Positions 21,178 through 31,015 of a DNA stretch of 64,000 nt are shown in pieces. The position numbers were made by a program, and so were the translations under genes. This DNA comes from Bacteroidota bacterium (lineage in GTDB: Bacteria; Bacteroidota; Bacteroidia; CAIKAF01). Below the pieces are notes generated by a model. That model saw nothing but the letters and a program-made list of their open reading frames with translations. It was not told the DNA's origin and made no database searches. Where the stretch lies: positions 3,144 through 67,143 of the forward strand of contig VGMT01000010.1 of NCBI GenBank assembly GCA_016866335.1, read 5' to 3'. Each line of letters starts with the position of its first letter. The first letter of the stretch is position 1.

Positions 21178-23043
21178 ATGGAATCGAGAAAAGAGCCGGG
21201 CCGAAACCGGATACCTGGAGGCAGAAAACCCGCCTCCGCCTCCGGAACAAGCCGCCCGGCAAGAAGCGAAAACGATGGATTTTCTGGAAACGCTGACCGG
21301 GCCTACGCTCGGAAGAAATCCGAAGGCTCGGAGGGCGAACGCCCACGCGGCCGCAGCAGAATGGTGAGTAAAGATTACAGCCCCAGGCCAGAACGAGACT
21401 CCGATTCAAACCGAGAACGTCCCAACCGCAGTGGTGGTTCTTTTTCTCGCGATTCAAAACCAGCGTTTGGCCCAAGAAAAACTGGATTCAACCGATCCGA
21501 TCGTTCCGACGACCGCCCAAGGCGTTCGTTCTCTGACGGCGAACGTCGTTCTGCTGCCGGCCGACCTGCACGCCCCGATTCCGATAACCGCAGCGAAAGA
21601 CCTTCTCGATACAATTCATCGGGCCAGGACAGGCCAGCACCACGACGCTCTTTCGGAGAGCGCAGTTCCGAAGACCGACCGTTTAGACCCAAACCCGGAT
21701 TCAAAAAACCCTTCGGTTCCAGAGATTCCGATGACCGTGGCGACCGCCCAAAACCCGGTTTTAAAAAGCCCTTCGGTTCCAGAGATTCCGATGACCGTGG
21801 CGACCGCCCAAAACCCGGTTTTAAGAAACCTTTTGGTTCCAGAGATTCCGAAGACAGACCCTTTAGACCTAAACCCGGATTTAAAAAGCCCTTCGGTTCT
21901 AGAGATTCCGATGATCGTGGCGATAGGCCAAGACCTTTCGCAAAGCGCGAAGGTTTCTCTTCTGACCGGGGCGAACGACCTAGGCCTTACCCAAAACGCG
22001 ATGCTTCATCGGGCGAACAAACAGAAAGGCCCTTATACACTAAAAAACCCTACGGAGCCAGAACGGCCGAAGGCGGCGAAAAACGGAGCAGCCGCTTTTC
22101 AAGGGATTCCGATGCCCGACCTGCCTTCAGGGATTCCAAACCAAGACCTGCGTTCAATACAGACGAAGCCAGCGGCGAGGAGAGACCAAAACGAACCTAT
22201 ACCAAACGCAGTGGGGAAGACGGAGAAAACCGCCCAGCCCGCAGTCCTAGGTCCGATTATAAAACCAGCAGGCCGGGCAAAACATTTGGCCACAACCGAA
22301 AACCCCGTCTTGCAGAAGGAGAAGAAGATGGCCCAAAAGGCGTTCGCCTGAATAAATACCTGGCCAATGCCGGATTGTGCAGCCGCCGCGAAGCCGACCA
22401 ATTTATTCAAAGCGGTGTGGTTGAAGTAAACGGAGAAATCATCACCGAACTGGGACATAAAATCCAACACGATGACGTGGTACTGTTTGGCGGAAAGCGG
22501 GTCAACGGCGACAAACCAACCTATGTTTTGTTGAACAAACCCAAAGACTACATTACCACCACCCGCGACCCGGAACAACGCAAAACCGTGATGGAACTGG
22601 TAAGTAGCCTAACCCGCAGCCGGGTATTTCCCGTTGGCCGTCTGGATCGAAATACCACCGGTGTTTTGATGTTGACCAACGATGGAGAACTGGCCGACCG
22701 ACTTCTGCACCCCTCTCGGAAAATCAGCAAGGTGTACCACGTTGAAGTAGATAAGCGATTTAAAATCAAGGACCTAAAAGCCCTGAAAACCGGAATTGAA
22801 CTTGAGGACGGAATTATTCAAGTGGACGACGTTAGCTTAGTAGAAGGAGGAACCCCCATGCAAATTGGCATACAAATCCACTCAGGCCGCAACCGAATTG
22901 TTCGCCGAATGATTGAACACCTAGGCTATCAAGTCATTAAACTTGACCGTGTTATGTTTGCCGGCCTAACCAAAAAAGGACTGAAACGCGGTCAAGCCCG
23001 CTTTCTTACAGAAGAAGAAGTGATTATGCTACGCCGACAATAA
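21178..23043 (+). CDS. RluB/RsuA-family pseudouridine synthase with a long charged N-terminal extension
   Basis: S4 domain RLNKYLANAGLCSRREAD; LLNKPK; PVGRLD catalytic motif; GRNRIVRRM. Confidence 0.92.
   Translation: MESRKEPGRNRIPGGRKPASASGTSRPARSENDGFSGNADRAYARKKSEGSEGERPRGRSRMVSKDYSPRPERDSDSNRERPNRSGGSFSRDSKPAFGPRKTGFNRSDRSDDRPRRSFSDGERRSAAGRPARPDSDNRSERPSRYNSSGQDRPAPRRSFGERSSEDRPFRPKPGFKKPFGSRDSDDRGDRPKPGFKKPFGSRDSDDRGDRPKPGFKKPFGSRDSEDRPFRPKPGFKKPFGSRDSDDRGDRPRPFAKREGFSSDRGERPRPYPKRDASSGEQTERPLYTKKPYGARTAEGGEKRSSRFSRDSDARPAFRDSKPRPAFNTDEASGEERPKRTYTKRSGEDGENRPARSPRSDYKTSRPGKTFGHNRKPRLAEGEEDGPKGVRLNKYLANAGLCSRREADQFIQSGVVEVNGEIITELGHKIQHDDVVLFGGKRVNGDKPTYVLLNKPKDYITTTRDPEQRKTVMELVSSLTRSRVFPVGRLDRNTTGVLMLTNDGELADRLLHPSRKISKVYHVEVDKRFKIKDLKALKTGIELEDGIIQVDDVSLVEGGTPMQIGIQIHSGRNRIVRRMIEHLGYQVIKLDRVMFAGLTKKGLKRGQARFLTEEEVIMLRRQ
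21685..21930 (+). repeat. In-frame 60-bp tandem repeat, about 4 copies (RPKPGFKKPFGSRDSDDRGD)
   Basis: Consecutive 60-nt blocks are near identical. Confidence 0.9.
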
Positions 23044-23052
23044 CCCATTTAT

Positions 23053-24603
23053 ATGGTACTGCTGGGAAGTCTCATAAAAAGAGGTTTACGCCTTCGAAAA
23101 ACCATAAACAAAGTCCGAAAAGGCCGCTCAGCCAGCCAATGGCAACGCAGCACCCTAGTTAAGTTGCTTAAAAAAGCGAAATCCACCCAATTTGGACAGG
23201 CCTATGATTTTGAGGGCATATTAAAATCCGATTTCCCTAGGAACACCTTTCAGCAAACCGTTCCCATATTCGATTACAGCCGAATGCACCGGGAATGGTG
23301 GAGCAAAAGCCTAAAAGGCGAGCAAGATGTAACCTGGCCTGGCAGCATTAAATACTATGCTTTAAGTTCAGGCACCAGCGGTTCGGCCTCCAAATACATT
23401 CCCGTTACCAGCAGCATGATTAAATCCATGCGGCGCACCTCCGTTCGGCAACTGCTAACCTTGGTCAACTACGAGTTGCCCGAAGACCTTTTCGGCAAAG
23501 GCGTTCTGGTGCTGGGGGGCTCGACCGATCTTGAAAAGGTAGGAAATTATTTTATGGGAGACCTGAGCGGAATCAATCAGGCCAACATGCCTTTTTATAC
23601 CACCCCATTCTACAAACCGGGCAAAACAATTGCCAGGCAGAAAGACTGGAACCTGAAAATCGATGAAATCGTAAAAAAGGCTCCAACCTGGGACATCGGT
23701 ATGATTACCGGCGTTCCTGCTTGGAACCAAATTGTACTGGAGCGCATCACTCAAACCTACCGCCTCAATACCATTCACGACATTTGGCCCAATTTATCGG
23801 TGTTTATTTACGGGGGTGTTGCCTTTGAACCCTACCGAACAGCCTTTGAGCGCCTGCTGGGCAAACCCATTCACTACCTTGAAACCTACTTGGCCAGCGA
23901 AGGGTTTTTGGCCTACCAAAGCCGAAAAGAGGTGAAAGGAATGGAACTGGTTCTGAACAACGGCATTTTCATGGAGTTTATTCCCTTTAACTCGACCAAT
24001 TTTAACGAAGAAGGGGAACTTCGTACTGATGCCCAACGCCCTCTGCTCATTGAAGAAGTTCGTGAAAACGAAGAATACGCTATTTTGATTTCAACCAACG
24101 CCGGAGCCTGGCGCTACCTGATTGGCGACACCATCAAATTCAGCTCGGTCGAACTCCGCGAAATCATCATTACCGGCCGAACCAAGCATTTTTTAAGCCT
24201 GTGCGGAGAACACCTATCGGTCGAAAACATGAGCCGAGCCGTTGAACTTCTTGCTGAACAACGCGGCATTTCATTGCCTGAATTCACCGTAGCTCCTATG
24301 CCCTCGGGGCATTTCTTCGGCCACCATTGGTACATCGGCTGCTCCGATTCCATTCCTTTGGATACAAAATCCCTGTCCACCCAATTGGATTCCATTCTCT
24401 GCATGCTTAACGACGATTACAAGGTGGAACGCCAACATGCCCTTAAAGAAATTCAGCTTACGCTTTTGCCTGTAACATGGTTTTACGAATGGCTTGAAAT
24501 CAGAGGAAAAATGGGAGCCCAAAGCAAATTCCCTAGGGTGCTTCGAGCTGAAAACCTTCAGGCTTGGGGCGAATTCATTTTGCAAAAACAGAGGCTAGGA
24601 TAA
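23053..24603 (+). CDS. GH3 auxin-responsive family acyl-adenylate-forming protein
   Basis: SSGTSG..KYIP; YLASEG; WRYLIGDT; KFPRV. Confidence 0.88.
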   Translation: MVLLGSLIKRGLRLRKTINKVRKGRSASQWQRSTLVKLLKKAKSTQFGQAYDFEGILKSDFPRNTFQQTVPIFDYSRMHREWWSKSLKGEQDVTWPGSIKYYALSSGTSGSASKYIPVTSSMIKSMRRTSVRQLLTLVNYELPEDLFGKGVLVLGGSTDLEKVGNYFMGDLSGINQANMPFYTTPFYKPGKTIARQKDWNLKIDEIVKKAPTWDIGMITGVPAWNQIVLERITQTYRLNTIHDIWPNLSVFIYGGVAFEPYRTAFERLLGKPIHYLETYLASEGFLAYQSRKEVKGMELVLNNGIFMEFIPFNSTNFNEEGELRTDAQRPLLIEEVRENEEYAILISTNAGAWRYLIGDTIKFSSVELREIIITGRTKHFLSLCGEHLSVENMSRAVELLAEQRGISLPEFTVAPMPSGHFFGHHWYIGCSDSIPLDTKSLSTQLDSILCMLNDDYKVERQHALKEIQLTLLPVTWFYEWLEIRGKMGAQSKFPRVLRAENLQAWGEFILQKQRLG

Positions 24604-24625
24604 GGCATTTTACTTTTCTTTGCAC

Positions 24626-25270
24626 ATGCCTGATTTTATTTTATCTGGTTTATTAATGGGATTGCTGCTTAGCATAGCAGCCGGGCCAACCATGTTGGCC
24701 TTAATTCAAAGCTCCATCGCCGAAGGGGCTAAGCGCACCCTTTTTATGGAAATGGGCGTTTTAATTAGCGATGCCTTTTTAATTGCAGTTACCTATTTTG
24801 GGCTTGGGCAATTTTTATCGGTGAGTCCTAAACTGGAACCGTTGTACTTAGGATTGGGTGGAGCCTTGATTATTGGTATGGGAGCCTACAAACTGAAAAT
24901 TCGGCACAGCCAACTTAGGCAGGCCCACCGTTGGATGGAAGGCCAAAAAAGTCTTCCCCTAACCCTTCTTTGGAAGGGCTTTATGTACAATTCTGTGAAT
25001 CCTTCGGTTTTGCTGTTTTGGATTGGCAGCGTTACTTTAATTACCGCTCAATTTTCTCAAAATTCGGTCAAAATTGCTGGACATTTTTTAACAACCCTGG
25101 CGGTAATGTTCGGAACCGATGTTCTTAAAATTTATGGCAGCAGCCGACTACGGGCATTAATGACACCGCGCCGCTTGATTCGTCTTTCCCAATTCATGGG
25201 CTGGGCATTGATGCTCTTTGGCGTTTTTCTGCTGATTAAAGCCGGCGTTCGATTATACCAAACCGCATAA
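24626..25270 (+). CDS. LysE-family translocator
   Basis: Hydrophobic throughout; GP motif; KGF..N..NP..LLFW. Confidence 0.82.
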   Translation: MPDFILSGLLMGLLLSIAAGPTMLALIQSSIAEGAKRTLFMEMGVLISDAFLIAVTYFGLGQFLSVSPKLEPLYLGLGGALIIGMGAYKLKIRHSQLRQAHRWMEGQKSLPLTLLWKGFMYNSVNPSVLLFWIGSVTLITAQFSQNSVKIAGHFLTTLAVMFGTDVLKIYGSSRLRALMTPRRLIRLSQFMGWALMLFGVFLLIKAGVRLYQTA

Positions 25271-25300
25271 GACCTCGTTTACAAAGGAACCAACCAGGCA

Positions 25301-27817
25301 ATGATACCCACACAAACTCCTGCTCCAGCAAAAAAGAAAAGGCGTTGGCTTATTTGGTTGACCTTGGTTCTTTTTGTGGTTTTTATCTTGCCGGTCATCT
25401 TAACCTATGTGTTCAAAGATGAACTTATATCGGCGGTACTCAAATCAATGAACCGCCGCCTAAACACCAAAGTTCAAGTCGAAAAGGTCGATCTAACTTT
25501 CTGGTCCACTTTCCCTTATGTTTCGGTTGAATTGCAACAGGTACGTGTTTTAGAAGCAGGAACACTTGCCCGCCCCGACTCTATGCTGCTTCAATGTGAA
25601 TCCCTTTACCTGCAAGTTAAACCTCTTGACCTTTTTCAAGATAATCCTGTAGTTCGTCGTATTTCAGTGAACCAAGGTAAACTTAATATCCGGTTTGATC
25701 CGGAACGCGGAAATAATTTCAGTATTCTAAAAGAGGAAACCCAGCAAGGGGAATCAAAATCTACCTTCGAAATCGAACAACTACGCCTAAACAACCTTCA
25801 ACTATTTTATTCCAACGGAAAAGAAAATCCCTTTGAATTCAGGTTGACCACCGCTCTATTTAGGGGAGCATTTTCGCAAGAAAGCTATGAACTCCAAACC
25901 GAGCTAAGCGGGCATTTGCCCTTTTTTAGCGAATTAGAACTTAATTTAGAAACCAAGGTGAACATTGACCAAAAGAAGAAAGAACACCTGATTTCTGATT
26001 TCACACTTGGTTTTGGTGAAATGTCGCTGACCGGAAAAGGGCGTCTAAATACGGGCGATGTACCCGAAATCGATGTAGAATTCCAAGGCAGCAACCTAGA
26101 CCTTTCAGAATTAAACAGCGTTTTGGTTAAAGCTACCTCAAACCCCGTATGGAATGAGTACGCCGGTCAAGGCCGGTTAAACCTTCAGGGCCGGTATGCT
26201 GGAAAATGGCTTAAAAAGAAACAGCCAGAACTCAACCTTACCATGGAACTTAAAAACGGCGAGTGGGAATACGCCCCTACTTCAACGGTTTTACAAAACA
26301 TCAACCTGAAAGGAAGCGTTCAGCTAAATTCAAAAAACGAATGGACCATCAAATTGCCTGAATTTTCAGCCAACATTCAAGGCCAAGCCATTCAAGGCGC
26401 TCTAAACTACAGTGAGCCCGAACAAGGCGCCTTAGAATTGCAATTGCAAGGCGAACTTGACCTGCAAACCTGGAAGCCCTTTATAAATCCCGACCCCGAA
26501 CTTCAGCTCAAGGGAAAAGCCAACCTTCAAATAAACTACAAAGGGAAATCTGGCCAATGGAAAAGCGCCGCCAGCGTGGAACACAGCTCTGGTCGTATTG
26601 GCTTGCGCGAAGTTGAAATTACCCACAGCGGTTGGATTCACCCCATTTCAAACCTTTCGGCCAACATCGAAATTGACCAGGCTGGCATCCGCAGTCCAGA
26701 ACTGCAAGCCCAATGGGGCGAAAGCCGGGTGACCGGAAACCTGACATGGATTGGCGGACTGCAATACGCCCTAGGCATGGACAGCAGCCTTCAATTTACC
26801 GGCGATCTGCACATCGGTTACCTAAACCCCGAAACATGGTTGGGGAACAGCAGCGGGAATTCCTCAGCTGAACCCTTTACCTGGCCGCTTAACTGGACCC
26901 ACAACCTAAACCTGCGCATCGACACACTGCACTACAAAACCTTTCGAGCCAACAACCTGAAAGCCAACCTAAGCCTTCAAGCCTCAAACCTATACCTACG
27001 CGGCATTCAATTTAATGCACTGAACGGGGAATGCCTGGGGCAGGGCCAATGGCTCAACAACAAGGGTGTACAGCAGATTTCTGCCTCGTTTTCCTTGGGC
27101 AACGTGAACGTGCAAGAACTGTTCAGGCAGTTCAACAATTTTGGGCAATCCAGCCTGATTTATCAAAACGTGGAAGGCAGCTTGTTTGCCGATGTATCTG
27201 TAAAAAGCAACCTAAAAAAAGACCTAACCCTTGACCTGCCCAGCTTGCTGGTGCAAAGCAGCTTAAACTTGGAAAAAGGCCGTTTAAAGAACTTTGAACC
27301 CCTAAAGCCCTTGGCCGCCTTTATCGACATGAACGAGCTCAACGACATTCGGTTCGCCACGCTCAGCAATCAAATTGAAATTCGCAACGAAACCATTTAC
27401 ATTCCCGAAATGAGCATTCGCTCCAATGCCCTTGACTTAAACCTGTCGGGAACCCATGGATTCGATCAAACCATTGATTACCGCTTTAACCTGCTGATGC
27501 GCGATTTGCTGGCTAATAAATTTAAAATTTTTAAATCGCGCCGGCAAGACGACTACGGCGATATTCAAGAGACCGAAAGCACCGCGCGCATCTACCTGAA
27601 AATGACCGGCACCATGGACCAGGCCAAAATCAGCTACGACATGAAAAACACCTTTCAAAAAATGGGGCAAGACATGAAAAAAGAAGGCCAAACCCTAAAA
27701 GAACTGCTGAAAGAAGATTTTGGAACGCAAAAATCAGGCGATAGTACCAAGGTAGGCCCCGGCAAACGGCCCAACCCCAACCAGGTTGACCAATCCTCTG
27801 ACTTTGAATTTGAATAA
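25301..27817 (+). CDS. AsmA-like protein
   Basis: N-terminal TM anchor; beta-rich body; C-terminal FATLSNQIEI..IPEMSIRSNA..SGTH. Confidence 0.78.
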   Translation: MIPTQTPAPAKKKRRWLIWLTLVLFVVFILPVILTYVFKDELISAVLKSMNRRLNTKVQVEKVDLTFWSTFPYVSVELQQVRVLEAGTLARPDSMLLQCESLYLQVKPLDLFQDNPVVRRISVNQGKLNIRFDPERGNNFSILKEETQQGESKSTFEIEQLRLNNLQLFYSNGKENPFEFRLTTALFRGAFSQESYELQTELSGHLPFFSELELNLETKVNIDQKKKEHLISDFTLGFGEMSLTGKGRLNTGDVPEIDVEFQGSNLDLSELNSVLVKATSNPVWNEYAGQGRLNLQGRYAGKWLKKKQPELNLTMELKNGEWEYAPTSTVLQNINLKGSVQLNSKNEWTIKLPEFSANIQGQAIQGALNYSEPEQGALELQLQGELDLQTWKPFINPDPELQLKGKANLQINYKGKSGQWKSAASVEHSSGRIGLREVEITHSGWIHPISNLSANIEIDQAGIRSPELQAQWGESRVTGNLTWIGGLQYALGMDSSLQFTGDLHIGYLNPETWLGNSSGNSSAEPFTWPLNWTHNLNLRIDTLHYKTFRANNLKANLSLQASNLYLRGIQFNALNGECLGQGQWLNNKGVQQISASFSLGNVNVQELFRQFNNFGQSSLIYQNVEGSLFADVSVKSNLKKDLTLDLPSLLVQSSLNLEKGRLKNFEPLKPLAAFIDMNELNDIRFATLSNQIEIRNETIYIPEMSIRSNALDLNLSGTHGFDQTIDYRFNLLMRDLLANKFKIFKSRRQDDYGDIQETESTARIYLKMTGTMDQAKISYDMKNTFQKMGQDMKKEGQTLKELLKEDFGTQKSGDSTKVGPGKRPNPNQVDQSSDFEFE

Positions 27818-27894
27818 GGAAACGCAAAATTTTACGTATTTCGGTTCAGGCTCCCAACCCAATTTCCATTCCCACACGGCAAACCGCCACGCGT

Positions 27895-28037
27895 GGCGGC
27901 AGGGATTGAGGCGGCTACCCCGCAAAGCTGCCGAAGCCTGGCCCGCTAGGTGCGGAGGCGACCTTGGGAGCCCCCGCAAACCAGCTGGGCCAGCCTTTCG
28001 GCAACTGTGGAGTAGCGCGGAAAGCCCGGCTACCGCC
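27895..28037 (+). repeat. Extended Flavo-1-like structured repeat, copy 3
   Basis: GGGATTGA..GGCGACCTTGGGAGCC..GAAAGCCCG. Confidence 0.75.
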
Positions 28038-28154
28038 CCAATTAAAAATCCTCAAAACAATGCATTCAATAGCCCCGACCCCAATCGAAAATCCCTTTTG
28101 AATTTTGCCCTCGTTTGATAAAACCCTCTTTTTTTGGCACTTTTGAGCTCAAAT

Positions 28155-30320
28155 ATGTTGACCATGCACGCTTTCTTTCGCTCCCTAATCGTTTCCCTAT
28201 TCCTGTTTGTCGGTTCAGCCCTGCACCTACTCGCCCACGAAGGCATGTGGCTGCCGCTGTTCCTGCAAAAACTCAACGAACAAGAAATGAAAGACATGGG
28301 GCTGCGCATCAGCATCAACGAAATCTATTCCGTCAACAACGGAAGCTTGAAAGATGCCGTTTTTATTTTTGGCGGAGGCTGCACCTCCGAATTGATTTCG
28401 AGCCAAGGCCTGCTGCTCACCAACCACCACTGCGGGTATTCGGCCATACAATCTCATTCCAGCATGGCCAACAATTACCTGCGCGACGGATTTATGGCCA
28501 AAACCCAAGCCGATGAATTGCCCAGCCAAGGACTAACCGCCACGCGCATTGTGCGGATCGACGAGGTTACTGCGGCCATTCTAAATCAGGCCGTTGACCA
28601 AAACGGCAAGCGCAACGAAACCCAAATCCTTGCCAATATTCAAGCTTTAAAGGAAAAAACCGCCGCCGAAACCGGCTATACCCCTGTGATTAAATCGTTC
28701 TTTTACGGAAACCAATACTTTCTATTTCTAACCGAGGTGTTCACCGATATCCGTATGGTTGCCGCGCCACCCTCCTACATCGGGAAATTCGGCTACGACG
28801 AAGACAATTGGATGTGGCCACGGCACACGGGCGATTTCAGCATTTTCAGAATTTATGCCGGCCCCGACAACAAACCCGCCCCCTACGCTGCCGAAAACAA
28901 ACCCTACATACCCTACCGCCACCTTGAAATTGACCTTAGCGGAGTAAAAGAAGGCGATTTTACCATAGTGTATGGATTTCCGGGGCAAACCCAGGAATAC
29001 CTGCCCAGCGAATCCATTCGCCTGCTAATGGACAGAACAAATCCTGCCCGTATTGAAATCCGAGAAAAAGCCCTTTCGGTCATTAATGCCGCCATGGCAA
29101 AATCTGCCGAAACCCAACTTCAATACGCCGCCAAACAAAGCCGAATCAGCAACTACTGGAAAAAATGGATTGGCGAAAACCGCGGCCTGCAGAAGCTCAA
29201 CGCCGTTCAGCAACGCCAAGCCATGGAAAAAGAATTCCTGAAATTGGGCGGCAATCCCGAAAACCTAAAAGCCCTAAACGCTCTTGAAATCTCTACCGCC
29301 GACGTTCAAATTGCCTACGAAACCTACATAGAATTCCTGCAATCGGGCCCGGAACTGCCCAAATTCATACGCAGTTACCTCAGCGCCCTCGATAACATAG
29401 GCAGCAGCAAAGACAAAGCCGAACTCGATGCCCTAAACCTAAAAACCCGGCAACAAATCGCATCGTTTTACGAAAAAACCGACCTAAAGGTCGATAAAGC
29501 CATTTTCCAAGAAACCTTTCCGGTACTCAAAAAACACCTGCCCAGCTCATACTGGCCTGAATCCCTGAATAACCAGGTGGAAGGCCGCGGTTTGCAGGTT
29601 TTTTTGCAAGGATTGTACGAATCTTCTGTTTTCGCTTCGGCCAAAAAACTGCAGGCGCATTGGGACAAATCGGTGGCGGCCAGCCAAGCCCAGCCCGAAC
29701 CGGCACTGGAATTTGTGCGGGGACTCTATCAATACCTTTTAACGGTGGTGCAACCCGCCTACACCACGGCAAACGCCGAGCGCGGCGCGCTGATGCAAGG
29801 CTACATGGCTCAGGTATTGAAAAGCTTCGAAGGCAAGCGCCGCCTGTATCCCGATGCCAACGGAACCTTAAGGCTTGCCTACGGCAAGGTCGAAGGCTAT
29901 TCCCCACGCAGCGGAGTACGCTACCACTGGCAAACCACCCTTACAGGACTGCTCGAAAAATACCAGAAAGACCATCCGGATTTTCACCTTCCCGACACCT
30001 TTATGCGGGTGGCTCGGCTGCAGGACTTTCAGCCTTACTTTTACGGCAAAGATTTGCCGGTGGCCTTTATCGGCAGCAACCACACCACCGGGGGCAACAG
30101 CGGCAGTCCGGTGTTGAACGAGTACGGGCGTTTGGTCGGCTTAAACTTCGACCGCACTTGGGAAAGCACCATGAGCGACATTATGTTCGATCCCGAACGC
30201 TGCCGCAACGTCGCCTGCGATGTACGCTACATCTGCTGGGTGGTCGACAAAGTCATGGGCGGACCGCATTTAATCGAAGAAATGACCTTAATCGAGCCTT
30301 CTTCCACACGCATGCGCTAA
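28155..30320 (+). CDS. S46 dipeptidyl peptidase (DPP11-like)
   Basis: HEGMWLP; TNHHC; WPRHTGDF; TTGGNSGSPV; FDRTWE has Arg where DPP7 has Gly. Confidence 0.9.
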   Translation: MLTMHAFFRSLIVSLFLFVGSALHLLAHEGMWLPLFLQKLNEQEMKDMGLRISINEIYSVNNGSLKDAVFIFGGGCTSELISSQGLLLTNHHCGYSAIQSHSSMANNYLRDGFMAKTQADELPSQGLTATRIVRIDEVTAAILNQAVDQNGKRNETQILANIQALKEKTAAETGYTPVIKSFFYGNQYFLFLTEVFTDIRMVAAPPSYIGKFGYDEDNWMWPRHTGDFSIFRIYAGPDNKPAPYAAENKPYIPYRHLEIDLSGVKEGDFTIVYGFPGQTQEYLPSESIRLLMDRTNPARIEIREKALSVINAAMAKSAETQLQYAAKQSRISNYWKKWIGENRGLQKLNAVQQRQAMEKEFLKLGGNPENLKALNALEISTADVQIAYETYIEFLQSGPELPKFIRSYLSALDNIGSSKDKAELDALNLKTRQQIASFYEKTDLKVDKAIFQETFPVLKKHLPSSYWPESLNNQVEGRGLQVFLQGLYESSVFASAKKLQAHWDKSVAASQAQPEPALEFVRGLYQYLLTVVQPAYTTANAERGALMQGYMAQVLKSFEGKRRLYPDANGTLRLAYGKVEGYSPRSGVRYHWQTTLTGLLEKYQKDHPDFHLPDTFMRVARLQDFQPYFYGKDLPVAFIGSNHTTGGNSGSPVLNEYGRLVGLNFDRTWESTMSDIMFDPERCRNVACDVRYICWVVDKVMGGPHLIEEMTLIEPSSTRMR

Positions 30321-30364
30321 TTGGTGGCAAGCGGTCAGATTTCCTCGTTTTTTACCTTTTTTGG

Positions 30365-30504
30365 GGCGGCTGCGGGCTTTCGCAGGTAGTACGCGGTTGC
30401 CGGGCAACTGCCCAGCGGCCTTGCGCGGGCTCCCAAGGTCGCCTGCGCGGCACGCGGGCAGTAACCCGCCACCCTTGCGGGCTACCTGGCTCAATCCCTG
30501 CCGC
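30365..30504 (-). repeat. Extended Flavo-1-like structured repeat, copy 4
   Basis: Minus strand GGGATTGA..GGCGACCTTGGGAGCC..GAAAGCCCG. Confidence 0.75.
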
Positions 30505-30596
30505 GGGTCTCTTCGTTTAAACACCCAGATTAACTTGCTACCATGTCTGTTTTTTTAGCAACTTTGACACGAGAAACCTATTAAAATAATGCTGCC

Positions 30597-30932
30597 ATGA
30601 AAAATTTATGCATCGTTGGATTGCTGTCTTTAAGTTTCGGATTAACCCGTGCCCAAAAGGTGTTTTCGGTTGATTATGAAAACCAAGCCGATGTAAAGGT
30701 GTTTGCCGTCAACTACGAAAACCAAGCCGACCTAAAGGTTTTTAAGGTGAAATATGAAAACCAAGCCGGAAGCAACGACGGTAAATGGTTTTTTACCCAA
30801 TATTCAAACCAGGCAAAAAAGAAGGTGTATTTCGTCAAGTATGAAAACCAAGCCGATTTAAAAATCTATTTTGTTGATTACGAAAATCAAGCCGGTTGGA
30901 GAAATTCAGCGAAAAAACACCTAATGTACTAA
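30597..30932 (+). CDS. Small secreted repeat protein (DUF6150-like)
   Basis: Signal peptide; repeated KVF.V.YENQAD units. Confidence 0.75.
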   Translation: MKNLCIVGLLSLSFGLTRAQKVFSVDYENQADVKVFAVNYENQADLKVFKVKYENQAGSNDGKWFFTQYSNQAKKKVYFVKYENQADLKIYFVDYENQAGWRNSAKKHLMY

Positions 30933-31015
30933 GCTTGGCTTGTTTCTAAATCCCTGCCTAGGTTTGATTTTGGTTTTCCATTCATTCCAATTTGGAATTC
31001 GATGGACGGCAAGAC

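Noticed and set aside
21685..21930. Regular repeats as a possible CRISPR array
   Set aside because: In-frame coding 60-bp tandem units with no unique spacers, and no cas genes in the window.
21431..22351. 306-aa alternative-frame ORF
   Set aside because: A shadow of the low-complexity region of the pseudouridine synthase, with no recognisable motifs.
29660..30520. 286-aa overlapping ORF and short ORFs crossing the GC-rich repeats
   Set aside because: Alternative-frame artefacts of GC-rich sequence.
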